This document shows, piece by piece, positions 28,432 through 37,169 of a stretch of 39,041 nucleotides of DNA. The stretch is taken from UHGV virus genome UHGV-0213311; one strand, written 5' to 3'. The position numbers and the translations under genes were made by a program. The notes beneath the pieces were generated by a model. That model worked only from the letters and a program-made list of their open reading frames with translations, was not told the DNA's origin and did not search any database. This DNA comes from a virus. How positions within the stretch are numbered: the first letter of the stretch is position 1; every line of letters starts with the position of its first letter.

Positions 28432-28881
28432 CTAAGCTGATGGTAATGTGAAGCTAGGCGTTTGTTGTGTTCCGTCGGTCATTTCAATGGTTAAAGTAAC
28501 AACACCGCCTTCCTGTGACGCAGTGATAGTTTTGATACCCACGCCATCAACTCCGTTTTTACCATTAACACCATCTTTACCAGAATCACCTTTATCGCCC
28601 TTATCTCCTTTGGCGCCATTACCACCTGCAACAGGTTTGAACTTAGCCAAGAATTCACTTTCTGGAATTGCGAAATCTTGACCAGATTCATCTCTAAAAT
28701 AAAACCAACCAACCTGTAATTGTGTGCGCTTAAGAAATTCAAATGTGACGTAAACCAATTCAGGCACATTAAGTAATTCGATATAAACATCATTACTCAG
28801 GATTCTATTTTTAATAGAAGTAATTTTTTGGCCGGATACTAATTTTTTACCGTCCGAAAATACGGGCCATGGATATATCAC
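28432..28881 (-). CDS. Collagen-like repeat protein (ten Gly-X-Y triplets)
   Basis: 'GGNGAKGDKGDKGDSGKDGVNGKNGVDGVG' between an N-terminal domain and a C-terminal Thr-rich beta-like tail. 149 aa. Confidence 0.55.
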   Translation of the reverse strand: MIYPWPVFSDGKKLVSGQKITSIKNRILSNDVYIELLNVPELVYVTFEFLKRTQLQVGWFYFRDESGQDFAIPESEFLAKFKPVAGGNGAKGDKGDKGDSGKDGVNGKNGVDGVGIKTITASQEGGVVTLTIEMTDGTQQTPSFTLPSA

Positions 28882-28890
28882 TGTTAACTC

Positions 28891-29154
28891 CTATGTGAAT
28901 AGGTCTAGTGCTTCTTGAGCTTCTCGCGCCGCTTTCTGTGCTCGTGATACAAACTCACTTTCAGTCTGGCACTGCTTATATGTGTCTTTGAATAACTCAA
29001 ACTTGAGCGCATCGTCTTTTACGAACTCGATAGCCGCTTGAGCCGCTGCGGTATCATTGCCAACTAACCGTAATAGCTCTAAGCGCATTTGATTCTGTGC
29101 TGTAATTTCTGTCATTTGATGTTCCTGTGTGAAGTTAATCTCAACCTTCATCAC
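28891..29154 (-). CDS. Hypothetical helical protein (87 aa)
   Basis: ORF with Ala/Gln-rich helical composition. Position in the same - strand run. Confidence 0.4.
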   Translation of the reverse strand: MMKVEINFTQEHQMTEITAQNQMRLELLRLVGNDTAAAQAAIEFVKDDALKFELFKDTYKQCQTESEFVSRAQKAAREAQEALDLFT

Positions 29155-29430
29155 GTATCACTACGTTAATCAGGTCGCTTCTAGTCTGTTCCTAGCAGTC
29201 AAGATAGGGATCGACCTCCTTAATGGATAAACGACTTATCTAATTGCTGATATATATATTTACTTAAGCTATACTAAGTAATTATCACTATACTTTGATT
29301 AATATCCTGTTAGTTTGCCCATGCACCCATGCTGGGCTTTTTTTATTCTTTTGGAATGCTTTTATCCAACTCTTCACGGAATTTAACTGGATTATCTGAA
29401 CCTTCTACTGCCATGATATTTCTCCATTAA

Positions 29431-29465
29431 AAAGCCCCGCTATTGCGAGGCTCGTTGTTGTTCAA
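29431..29465 (-). terminator. Rho-independent terminator after the membrane-protein gene
   Basis: GCCTCGC-aata-GCGGGGC (7-bp stem with one G-U pair) followed by TTTTT on the - strand, 20 nt after the ORF stop. Confidence 0.55.
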
Positions 29466-29486
29466 TTTCCCGTATTTGTCGTTTTG

Positions 29487-29915
29487 TCACTTAATTAGTG
29501 AAGCTGCGTATTCGATTAGATATAGCTTTGGAGCTAAAAGTATCTTTAACCACATAGAAAAACCGCCTATGAAAATAACGACACCAAGAAACAGAATTGG
29601 TACTGGTAATATCGCCCTGAATAAATCATACATAACTGAGTTAATGTTATAATTTATTTCTCCTGCATGATAAGTCCATATAGCACCGTTAGATTTAGCT
29701 TTCTTAGCCCATATAGGCATAAAAATCGCCAGTGCAATAAGAGTTACACCAACAACAGACCAGATAACTCCCATTGTCATTTTCCACGTCAGTAATTGAT
29801 GAATTACCTCTGGCAAATTGGCTTGACTAAATGCAACTGTTGAATCAATGCCATTTGATGCTTTTTCCAATAAATCAGTAAGTGCCCTTGAAACCTGCTC
29901 ATTCATCGTAAACAC
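29487..29915 (-). CDS. Multi-pass membrane protein downstream of the spanins (cargo-gene candidate)
   Basis: 142 aa with three or four predicted TM helices ('VIWSVVGVTLIALAIFMPIW', 'ILPVPILFLGVVIFIGGFSMWLKILLA'). Own terminator. Confidence 0.5.
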   Translation of the reverse strand: MFTMNEQVSRALTDLLEKASNGIDSTVAFSQANLPEVIHQLLTWKMTMGVIWSVVGVTLIALAIFMPIWAKKAKSNGAIWTYHAGEINYNINSVMYDLFRAILPVPILFLGVVIFIGGFSMWLKILLAPKLYLIEYAASLIK

Positions 29916-30367
29916 TCCGTTTTAATATAATTCTGCAAATACAAAGTTTGCTGTTCGTTCTCGACTATCATTTCTCTGAGACGTAGATAATCTTGTTCAA
30001 CTGCTTTGTTAAGTCGTGCGGTGGCTTCATCGCTTCCGCTTTCGGTGGAATTCTTGGTGACTGTTGGACACTTGGCTTTGATGTACACCCGCTTAGAGCC
30101 AGAGCTAACAGCATCACGCAACCTATCAATTTCATTCTTTGCACTAGCTAACTCCTGTGAGTGACGAACATCGAGTTGATTTAATCGAGTGATACGGGCT
30201 TGATAGTCTTTGTTGATTTCTACTTGTTGTGATAATTGAGTGGTTAGTTCAGCATTTGAATTTTTCAGCTTATCAATTCTGCCGCTCTGCCACTCAATAG
30301 TGATGATCATTGCCAGAATAACGCCCACGGACACTATTGTTTCGCCTAGATTCATAACAACAACCAA
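29903..30367 (-). CDS. i-spanin (Rz-like)
   Basis: N-terminal TM 'IVSVGVILAMIITI', coiled-coil body, C-terminal Cys. Directly after the endolysin gene. Confidence 0.75.
   Translation of the reverse strand: MVVVMNLGETIVSVGVILAMIITIEWQSGRIDKLKNSNAELTTQLSQQVEINKDYQARITRLNQLDVRHSQELASAKNEIDRLRDAVSSGSKRVYIKAKCPTVTKNSTESGSDEATARLNKAVEQDYLRLREMIVENEQQTLYLQNYIKTECLR
29968..30114 (-). CDS. o-spanin (Rz1-like lipoprotein) embedded out of frame within the i-spanin gene; not in the ORF track
   Basis: Translates to MLLALALSGCTSKPSVQQSPRIPPKAEAMKPPHDLTKQLNKIIYVSEK. Lipobox L-S-G-C. Pro-rich. 48 aa. Wholly inside the Rz ORF in the +1 frame. Confidence 0.65.
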   Translation of the reverse strand: MLLALALSGCTSKPSVQQSPRIPPKAEAMKPPHDLTKQLNKIIYVSEK

Positions 30368-30756
30368 GCATCTTCAAAGACTTTCTGACTGTATGGTTGG
30401 TACCCAAGCTCGACACCAACAATGGCCGTAGCCAATGCGATAGCAACTTCTTTTTTGCTTACTGATACACAATCTTCCGTACTTACATTCAATTCTTTCG
30501 CGACTCGCTGAATGTAACCCTCGGTATTATTTTCTTTTGGTGGGGCGTAGCGATTAATAATTTCACGGATAGAACATAATCCGTATTTCTTTTCGTAGGT
30601 TCGCATCAATACATAAATTGCACGAATACCGTACTCTGTAGATACAAATTGGCAGAAGTCTTTATCTGTTTGCTGTGCTGATAGTCCTTGCCAAGGTTCT
30701 CCGTGTCGAAGATTGCCTGGATTGTTATTACGCTCACCGCGAGCTGGTCTAGTCAC
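30352..30756 (-). CDS. Putative endolysin (small peptidoglycan hydrolase)
   Basis: Position between holin and spanins. ATGA overlap with the holin stop. N-terminal 'NNNPGNLR' motif seen in a family of small enterobacterial prophage lysis enzymes; this assignment is from memory only. Confidence 0.5.
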   Translation of the reverse strand: MTRPARGERNNNPGNLRHGEPWQGLSAQQTDKDFCQFVSTEYGIRAIYVLMRTYEKKYGLCSIREIINRYAPPKENNTEGYIQRVAKELNVSTEDCVSVSKKEVAIALATAIVGVELGYQPYSQKVFEDAWLLL

Positions 30757-31058
30757 TTCTTACCCCCTGTAAACTTATCCCAGAAGAAATCCAATGCTAA
30801 AGAGCCAGCGGAACCACATAAGCCAGCCGTAAATAACGTGTAGTAGAATGAGGCGTTAAGCTCTATTGATATAAGACCACCCATCATTCCAGCAAAGCCA
30901 GATACGAACATTTGCATAATTGCTCCTACCCAACTCCACCGATAACCATTACGTTTATTGTCAATAATGTATCTAGCCAATCCGCCGTATAGGGATATAG
31001 CGAATATGACACCCCATGCGGTGGCACTGAATTTGTCTTTCTCGTCCATTCGTGTCAT
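30753..31058 (-). CDS. Class I holin (lambda S-like) with an MTRM dual-start motif
   Basis: Three TM helices plus a charged C-terminus 'DKFTGGKK'. Starts M1-T-R-M4, analogous to lambda S107/S105. AAGGAGG RBS lies inside a stem-loop. Confidence 0.75.
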   Translation of the reverse strand: MTRMDEKDKFSATAWGVIFAISLYGGLARYIIDNKRNGYRWSWVGAIMQMFVSGFAGMMGGLISIELNASFYYTLFTAGLCGSAGSLALDFFWDKFTGGKK

Positions 31059-31063
31059 ACCGC

Positions 31064-31078
31064 CTCCTTTCTGGAGGA
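31064..31078 (-). promoter_or_regulatory. Stem-loop occluding the holin Shine-Dalgarno (sdi-like)
   Basis: CCTCC-agaaa-GGAGG on the - strand. The GGAGG arm is the holin RBS, 6 nt before the first ATG. Confidence 0.45.
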
Positions 31079-31155
31079 ATTAGTTAATAGAACGCCGACT
31101 CACAGCTCGTGTGTGAATGTGAGGTGTTGTGATTGATTCTGTGGTTGGCATATAC

Positions 31156-31178
31156 GAAAAAAGACCGCCTAAGCGATC
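31156..31178 (-). terminator. Candidate late-leader terminator (tR'-like) about 100 nt upstream of the holin
   Basis: GATCGC-ttag-GCGGTC followed by UUUUUU on the - strand. Confidence 0.45.
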
Positions 31179-31477
31179 TTCAAAATGAGTTGTTCGGAAT
31201 AACCGAACATGTGAACTATCCGGAAATTCCGGAGAGTTGGATTTGTAAGCAACCATTACAGGTTTAATTAGCGATATCGGAATTCCGGCATCGGAACAAT
31301 ATCAATAACTTATTCCCTCGAATTCGGGGGAATTAAAATAGAAAGGGGCACCAGATATCCGTCGACCAAAACATCATCTGGTGTCCCTAATCACACAACT
31401 CTCCAAAATGAAGAGTGCATTTAGTCAAAAGATCAACTGTAATGTGGTATTGCGGATTTTCTTTTGTCTAAACTTGG

Positions 31478-31500
31478 ACAAAAACCCCGCCGAAGCGAGG
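31478..31500 (-). terminator. Candidate early terminator of the PR' transcript, about 45 nt downstream of the putative start
   Basis: CCTCGC-ttcg-GCGGGG followed by UUUUUGU on the - strand. Confidence 0.45.
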
Positions 31501-31552
31501 TCTTGAATTCTTTTAACGTTAACGAAATGGCAATAACCCATCGTTAGAACAA

Positions 31553-31580
31553 TATTTACACAGAAAAGTGTAAAAGTCAA
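31553..31580 (-). promoter_or_regulatory. Candidate late promoter PR' (and presumed Q-utilisation region) just downstream of Q
   Basis: On the - strand: TTGACT, 16-nt spacer, TAAATA. 25-50 nt after the Q stop codon. Confidence 0.5.
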
Positions 31581-31604
31581 TTCATTCGTTAGAAGTATTC
31601 GTTT

Positions 31605-32360
31605 TTAATTTGTTACCTTTTTTAGTATGTAATCTGCGTTACTTTCTCCTTTTTCACACTCAACCGCCAATGACTCATAAAATTTACTAACTGAACGCTT
31701 CCATTGATCAATCGTAATCCCTAAATGAGACACAGCCTGAAAAGCCTTTGACGCAGGTATTCGCTCGTAACCACGACCAGAACAACGCTTACAAGGCATA
31801 CTGACAGCTTCACCAGTTAACCTTAGCGTTTCCTTGTCTATTGCCATGCCACGCCCTTTGCAGTCATTGCACGCACAAGAAACATAACCTTTACCATTAC
31901 ACTTATCACAAGCGCATGACTCGGTGTCATCAATAATGCGAACTTCTTTACCAAAGACTTTTTTAACCTTAATCGCCTTTACCTTAAAACCTGAACCATT
32001 GCACTTTACGCACTCAGTAACACTCGATGCTGATCTGCAATAATCTGCATAAGCGAATTTTGCGAGTATTTGCATTACCTTTCGCTTAACATTCATGTCG
32101 AGCTTGCGTAAGGCTGGAACCTTGTCGCAATGATTCAATGCATGCCGAGTTAAAAGTTGTATCGCTTTCACTTTGTCATTCTGGCTTATCTCCATCTTTC
32201 CCGAGAACGCAGAAAAGCCGAATGACTCTTTACTTTGACAATATCCAAAGGCACCCATGACATCAGTGCCGGCTAATCTATCTGGCGATGTTGAGCTAGG
32301 CGCATCTGATATTGATGTGGTTTTAGCGAAGTGATATTTGACAGCGCTTTCTAGATTCAT
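31605..32360 (-). CDS. Q: Late-gene antiterminator Q (zinc-binding Q family of phage 82 / P22 gp23 type)
   Basis: 251 aa. Multiple CxxC pairs ('CVKCNGSG', 'CACDKCNGKG', 'CACNDCKGRG', 'CKRCSGRG'). Position immediately upstream of PR' and the lysis cassette. Confidence 0.7.
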   Translation of the reverse strand: MNLESAVKYHFAKTTSISDAPSSTSPDRLAGTDVMGAFGYCQSKESFGFSAFSGKMEISQNDKVKAIQLLTRHALNHCDKVPALRKLDMNVKRKVMQILAKFAYADYCRSASSVTECVKCNGSGFKVKAIKVKKVFGKEVRIIDDTESCACDKCNGKGYVSCACNDCKGRGMAIDKETLRLTGEAVSMPCKRCSGRGYERIPASKAFQAVSHLGITIDQWKRSVSKFYESLAVECEKGESNADYILKKVTN

Positions 32361-32572
32361 CTCGCCTCCGGTAATACTGTGTGGTATCTATCGCAACCTA
32401 CTGAATGCATGATCGGTAGGTTTGCTCTTCTAGCCCATCCCGTTTCTACAACTTCCATGAAGCCATGCTTTTTCTGAACTATAGATAAGTAACGCTTAGG
32501 CTTATTTCCTGTCGCCTCTGTCTCTGCTCGGTATCGGCATTCTTCAATAGCTGCGATTAAGTCAGTAAACAT
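32357..32572 (-). CDS. Hypothetical nin-region protein (71 aa)
   Basis: ORF overlapping the Q start and the NinG-like end by 4 nt and 1 nt. Confidence 0.4.
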   Translation of the reverse strand: MFTDLIAAIEECRYRAETEATGNKPKRYLSIVQKKHGFMEVVETGWARRANLPIMHSVGCDRYHTVLPEAR

Positions 32573-33192
32573 TAAACCACCTCCGAATATTGATCCTTTC
32601 GCCTTTTCTCATACCAACGGGCCCTGCGAGTGAATATGGATTTCATTCGCTTGAGATATTCGATGTCGAATTTACGGACCATGTTATCGTGCTCTAAACG
32701 AATTACTCGCTCTTCGCCGATTTTATTGATGAGATTAATGCGATATGGAATGAGATTTCCTGACAGGTCCCTATTGCAGTGAACACAGCCAGCATGAATA
32801 TTGAGCAAATTAAATCTTAAATGACTTGCAGAACCTATTGACCTGTAATGACTAGCATCTACGGAACCACCTCTTACCCCATAATTTAAGGGCCGACCGC
32901 AAGCAATACATGGCTGACCGTAGTCTCGCCAAAAGATGTATTTATTTACTGCCGCTTGGGCCTCTTTTTTCCAGTCTGATTTTGTCTTTAATTTTTCCTT
33001 TCGGATCCGCAATAACTTCCTTTCCTCAGATAAGCGTTTTCTACGGTCCTTTTCTTCGGTCCGTTTAATTTCATTTGAGGCAAATTTTATTGCGCAGGAT
33101 GTGGAACAAACTTTTTGGGTAGATAGGTAGGGAGTGAATTCTTTGTTGCAGACTTTACAGGTTTTTAGCTTCGGCTTTTTAGCCTTAGCCAT
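32572..33192 (-). CDS. ninG: NinG/Rap-family protein
   Basis: 206 aa. N-terminal 'CKVCNKEF...STQKVCSTSC' zinc-finger, basic middle and 'CIACGRPL...HCNRD' match the NinG architecture. Confidence 0.65.
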   Translation of the reverse strand: MAKAKKPKLKTCKVCNKEFTPYLSTQKVCSTSCAIKFASNEIKRTEEKDRRKRLSEERKLLRIRKEKLKTKSDWKKEAQAAVNKYIFWRDYGQPCIACGRPLNYGVRGGSVDASHYRSIGSASHLRFNLLNIHAGCVHCNRDLSGNLIPYRINLINKIGEERVIRLEHDNMVRKFDIEYLKRMKSIFTRRARWYEKRRKDQYSEVV

Positions 33193-33334
33193 ACATCACC
33201 CCAAAATAACCCCAAGAATTAACATGGCAATAAACCACATTGCGACAAATTTTCCATAGCGTAATAAATTGGCATTAAACATTGGTTCAAACTCCTTTTG
33301 TGGTTTCTTTGGATATTTATGTTTGTGTCTATAT

Positions 33335-33469
33335 TTACTGCGACACCTCAGCATCTCCCTCTCCTTTGATTTTATCCATCACTTCTAAATGAGCATATTC
33401 ATCAGCACACTGAGCACACACGTAAATTTCATCATCTGTTAGCGGTCTATTGCATGATTGGCAGTTCAT
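33335..33469 (-). CDS. Possible 44-aa Zn-ribbon protein ([10 protein letters not shown]...CAQCADEY); not in the ORF track
   Basis: ATGA overlap with the phosphatase stop. Two CxxC pairs. Confidence 0.35.
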   Translation of the reverse strand: MNCQSCNRPLTDDEIYVCAQCADEYAHLEVMDKIKGEGDAEVSQ

Positions 33470-34128
33470 TTGATTTGCCTCATAGTTAGCCCATAACCAA
33501 ACACTGCCCCAGTATCGATGTATTCCTGATTAGCGCGCTTTTCTATACCTTTAATCATTGGTGTGTGACCAAATAGAAATAGGTCAGCACCTTTAATCTC
33601 ACGCACATTCTCGTCACCTATACGCTCACGACTCCAAATGACATACTGCTCATCTACTGGTTTGCCGAACTCATATTCATCGGATGGATAATCAGCATGA
33701 GCAATGACTGTCTTTTTGCCGCCTGCATTGACCTCGATAATTAGCGGTAACATTTCTGCGTATGAGATATTTGTCGCTGTTCGAATTGCTTCGTCAGGAT
33801 CAATGCTTAAAAACCAAAATCCCCCATTCGCTAGCCAGCAATCTCTATTGCCTTTGTGCATAACAACATCAATAGCCATTTGCTCATGATTTCCACGTAC
33901 AGCCCTGAACCATCTTTCATTAATCAGGTCTAGGCATTCGACATTCTGATCACCCCTATCGATTAGGTCACCAACTGAAATCAATAAATCTTTTTCTTTA
34001 TCAAAATCAATTCGATACATATTCCTTTTTAATAAATTGAAACACCCATGAATATCACCAACCACCCAAATATGCCGATACTGATCCCCATTGATTCGGA
34101 GGTAAATTCCGTTTCTTTCTTCGCTCAC
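33466..34128 (-). CDS. Ser/Thr protein phosphatase (metallophosphoesterase, lambda NinI/PPase-like)
   Basis: 'VVGDIHGC', 'GDLIDRG', 'GNHE' and 'GHT' calcineurin-like motifs. GTG start. Confidence 0.8.
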   Translation of the reverse strand: MSEERNGIYLRINGDQYRHIWVVGDIHGCFNLLKRNMYRIDFDKEKDLLISVGDLIDRGDQNVECLDLINERWFRAVRGNHEQMAIDVVMHKGNRDCWLANGGFWFLSIDPDEAIRTATNISYAEMLPLIIEVNAGGKKTVIAHADYPSDEYEFGKPVDEQYVIWSRERIGDENVREIKGADLFLFGHTPMIKGIEKRANQEYIDTGAVFGYGLTMRQIK

Positions 34129-34270
34129 TTTCTCGCCCTCCGCTTCTTGGCTACTGGTTTCTCTTTGGGTTCTTCGTTGTCAATTTGCTTACCTTGTGGC
34201 TGCAAACATTGAGGAATGAATTCCATCCACTTTTTCATGCTCTCTAATGTGTTATTTCTCTTAGCCATAA

Positions 34271-34714
34271 TTATTCATCCTGTTCCCTTTTCAATTTCAT
34301 ATATTCAGAGTTATCAGGTATCGTCACGAAACAACCTATACCTACCGCCCAGCGTTCTACCTGCTCCATGAAGTGGAACATTTCACCCGTATCAAGTTTT
34401 GATGTTTTCCGAAGCGCCCTTACGCGCTCTGTAAGCTGTGTAGTAACGTCAACCATATCGACCACCTCGTAACCTAGGAATGTATGCTTAAGCATTTCCT
34501 TAACGGTTTCCGGTGTGTAATTGGCGTTGTTCTTACATAGATATTTGCTTATCTCTGAGCACCACAAATGAAAAGTGGAATTCTGAGATAATGAACGCTT
34601 GTTTTTCCAAGGCTTGATAATGATTCGGTGTGGTTGGTTTGTTGCTAGAACTTCTTTGAGGTGTTGCCATGCGGTATTTTTGGTTGATTCGTGGAAGAGA
34701 AAATCTGCTTCCAA
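34271..34714 (-). CDS. ninB: NinB/Orf-family recombination mediator
   Basis: 'KRSLSQNSTFHLWCSEIS' aligns with the lambda NinB 'RSLDQNRKLWACLGDVS' block. 147 aa. Confidence 0.65.
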   Translation of the reverse strand: MEADFLFHESTKNTAWQHLKEVLATNQPHRIIIKPWKNKRSLSQNSTFHLWCSEISKYLCKNNANYTPETVKEMLKHTFLGYEVVDMVDVTTQLTERVRALRKTSKLDTGEMFHFMEQVERWAVGIGCFVTIPDNSEYMKLKREQDE

Positions 34715-34723
34715 GTTAGCCTC

Positions 34724-34933
34724 CTATGCTTTCTTCCCTCGGTTTACGAACCAATTGACAGCGTCAACTATTTGCTCGTCTTCGTACCAATTCTCAATCC
34801 ATCGGGTTTCATATTTATCTTTGAAAATAGTAGGACCGCAATATGGGTGCCATGACATATAAATATATCGCCCGTCATTTAATCTGAGCCGATACATCCG
34901 ATAACGGCTGATATGTATTATTCCATTACTCAC
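34724..34933 (-). CDS. Hypothetical nin-region protein (69 aa, Trp/Tyr-rich)
   Basis: ORF in the gene-dense nin-like run. Confidence 0.4.
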   Translation of the reverse strand: MSNGIIHISRYRMYRLRLNDGRYIYMSWHPYCGPTIFKDKYETRWIENWYEDEQIVDAVNWFVNRGKKA

Positions 34934-35049
34934 TGTTAGCTCTCCTGTTCCATGCTGCTACAACTCCCACCATTGGTATTTTCGCTTAGCTTGTAAAATT
35001 AGCTCTTGCCAAATTGCTACGGCTTCTAGTTTTAATCTGCGATCGTCCA

Positions 35050-35307
35050 TCATTCACCCTCTGGCATTGGTGGGAGTAGTAAAGGCATCCAGTGCGTTAT
35101 TGGGTAATTATCATCTTCAATAAACTCATCACTATCGCTGATAAAATGACTGTAAGAACGCGACCAAATCCAACCTTCTCCACATGTATCAGAACGCATG
35201 AAAACGTGGTATACAAACTCTCCATTACCTCTGAACCATCCAGCAAATACTGGCGCGTCTAGTTCTGGCAATGTCTCACTACACTTAACCCAATTAGCTC
35301 CCTGCAT
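35050..35307 (-). CDS. DUF551-like phage protein
   Basis: 'WIKCSERLPE'-type N-terminus and 'W.W' spacing typical of DUF551 prophage proteins. 85 aa. Confidence 0.45.
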   Translation of the reverse strand: MQGANWVKCSETLPELDAPVFAGWFRGNGEFVYHVFMRSDTCGEGWIWSRSYSHFISDSDEFIEDDNYPITHWMPLLLPPMPEGE

Positions 35308-35518
35308 TAGATGCCTCCTTTCGGTTTAGTCTTTTAACAAACGCATCAGAATCAATTCTTAAAAGTCGATTCATAACTTTTTCACAACGATATGGTTTGT
35401 GCATTTTTCGATTGCGATCCGCTGTCTTTTTTCCGCCTCTCACATATCTACGCTTGCGTATCATTGCCTCATCAGCGTAGAGCCACATCAACTTTTTAAA
35501 TTCTGTTCCTTTCATCAC
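35294..35518 (-). CDS. Hypothetical basic protein (74 aa)
   Basis: Lys/Arg-rich ORF overlapping its neighbours. Confidence 0.4.
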   Translation of the reverse strand: MMKGTEFKKLMWLYADEAMIRKRRYVRGGKKTADRNRKMHKPYRCEKVMNRLLRIDSDAFVKRLNRKEASNAGS

Positions 35519-35530
35519 TCAACACCTCAC

Positions 35531-35779
35531 TTAATTGCCGATATCTACGCTATGTAACTTGCCACTACAGAACGGACAGAAGTTTAAATGCGTTCTATTT
35601 CCATTCCCTTCATCGTAATAAACTGCTTCACCAAGACTATCTCCAGTCCATGTGTCGATGGCTGAGTATTTAAATATCCCTCTAGTCTTACCGTGTGGCG
35701 ATTTTGTCTTTGCCGCTTTGCGCATAAAGTCACACAGATAGCTTGCGTATTTTGTTCCGTTTGATTCGCATTTTTTCAT
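35531..35779 (-). CDS. Hypothetical Cys-rich (zinc-binding?) protein (82 aa)
   Basis: 'YLCDF' ... 'CPFCSGKL' Cys pairs. Confidence 0.4.
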   Translation of the reverse strand: MKKCESNGTKYASYLCDFMRKAAKTKSPHGKTRGIFKYSAIDTWTGDSLGEAVYYDEGNGNRTHLNFCPFCSGKLHSVDIGN

Positions 35780-35798
35780 CTAAAAATCCTCTTGCGTG

Positions 35799-37169
35799 TT
35801 AAACGTTGGCGCCTTGGAATCGGCGTTGCTGTGGTCTGCTACTTTGTTGACAGATGCTTGATGCCTGCGCCTGATCAGTATCAAGAAAGTGACCGTTTTT
35901 AAATAACTGATAAACCGTACCCAGTTTCCCGAATCGGTTTTTTGTCACAATTATTTCTGCGTAATCTGCTGCAGGGGAGTTCTCGTTATAAACTGCATCA
36001 CGGTAAAGCATGATGATGCTATCTGCATCTTGCTCTACGCTTCCTGAGTCTCTTAAATCCGCATTGGTAGGTCGTTTGTTAGGTCTCTTTTCAACATCAC
36101 GAGATAGCTGACTTAGTGAAATAACAGGAGTTCTGATATTTTTAGCCAACCCTTTCAACGTTGCTGAAATATGAGCAATAGCCAAATCGTTACGCTCTGC
36201 ACGAGGCTTCTCGATTAACCCTAAGTAATCAACCATGATTAACGATAATTCAGGGTGACGTTTCTTGTGTCGTGTTGAAATTGCAGTGATTTGTTCAACG
36301 GTTAACTTACTGGCATCGACAACCCAAACATTCAGTCCAAGTAAATTACCTGCCCCCATTGATACCCTGCCCCAATCTTCGTCACTCATACGAGATGGGT
36401 TTCTCAATGCGCTAACAGATAGGTTTGCTGATCCTGCAATCTGACGCTCTACGATTTGCTGAGAGTCCATTTCCATTGAGAAAATTAAAACGCCTTTCTT
36501 GGTGTCAGACCCGATAACATTTTGAGACGCAACGCCTTCTGTAATTTTCAGTGCGATTTCTGTTTTACCCATTCCTGGTCGAGCGGCGATAATGACCAAA
36601 TCAACAGGGTTGATGCCTCCCATAATTTCATCTAATTCGCGGATCCCCGTTTTTAGTGTGTCCGATTCCTCGCCTTTGTTAACACGCTCTTGTAAAACTT
36701 CGGTGTAATCTTCGATTAACGACGAAACATGGACGGGAGCAATATCACCATTCGATGAATGAATATCGGATGCCTGAGCAAGAAAACTTTCCATTGCCTC
36801 ACTGGCTTGCTCAATGGTTCCGTTTTCAATCACACCACGCACAGAATCCATTAACTGGATCATAGCTCTACGGTTATGATTATCGGTCACCATCTTGGCA
36901 TAGCCTTTTAGGTTGGCTGCGCTAGGGCAATCCTTGGCTGTTTGAATGATGTTTGCTAGGTGTTCACTTCCCATTCCTTCAGCAACCATCATCATATCGA
37001 TGACACCGCGAGACTTGGCTTGTTTTTGAATAACTTGATAGGCTTCTCGATAGAACCTAACTGAAAATGATTCAGGCTCTAAAGTGGCCAAAACATCCGA
37101 GGCATCAGGTGTTAACCCTGAAATTAACAAACCGCCAATAACACTTGCTTCAAATTCCGTATTGATCAC
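35799..37169 (-). CDS. DnaB-like replicative helicase (P22 gp12-like)
   Basis: Walker A 'ARPGMGKTE'. DnaB N-domain 'EASVIGGLL'. RecA-like C-domain. GTG start abutting the stop of the initiator gene. Confidence 0.85.
   Translation of the reverse strand: MINTEFEASVIGGLLISGLTPDASDVLATLEPESFSVRFYREAYQVIQKQAKSRGVIDMMMVAEGMGSEHLANIIQTAKDCPSAANLKGYAKMVTDNHNRRAMIQLMDSVRGVIENGTIEQASEAMESFLAQASDIHSSNGDIAPVHVSSLIEDYTEVLQERVNKGEESDTLKTGIRELDEIMGGINPVDLVIIAARPGMGKTEIALKITEGVASQNVIGSDTKKGVLIFSMEMDSQQIVERQIAGSANLSVSALRNPSRMSDEDWGRVSMGAGNLLGLNVWVVDASKLTVEQITAISTRHKKRHPELSLIMVDYLGLIEKPRAERNDLAIAHISATLKGLAKNIRTPVISLSQLSRDVEKRPNKRPTNADLRDSGSVEQDADSIIMLYRDAVYNENSPAADYAEIIVTKNRFGKLGTVYQLFKNGHFLDTDQAQASSICQQSSRPQQRRFQGANV

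Noticed and set aside
28448-28793. ORFs 28448..28681 (+, PLSPLSPLAPLPP-rich) and 28491..28793 (-) over the collagen-like gene; also whether the DNA repeat could be a CRISPR array
   Set aside because: Both are alternative readings of the GGT-GAT-AAA-type triplet repeat encoding the Gly-X-Y block. The repeat period is 9 nt with no spacer structure, so it is not CRISPR.
29443-34862. ORFs 29443..29652 (+), 30240..30431 (+), 32936..33130 (+), 33704..33889 (+), 34599..34862 (+)
   Set aside because: Antisense to the membrane-protein, Rz, NinG-like, phosphatase and NinB genes. No RBS and no motifs.
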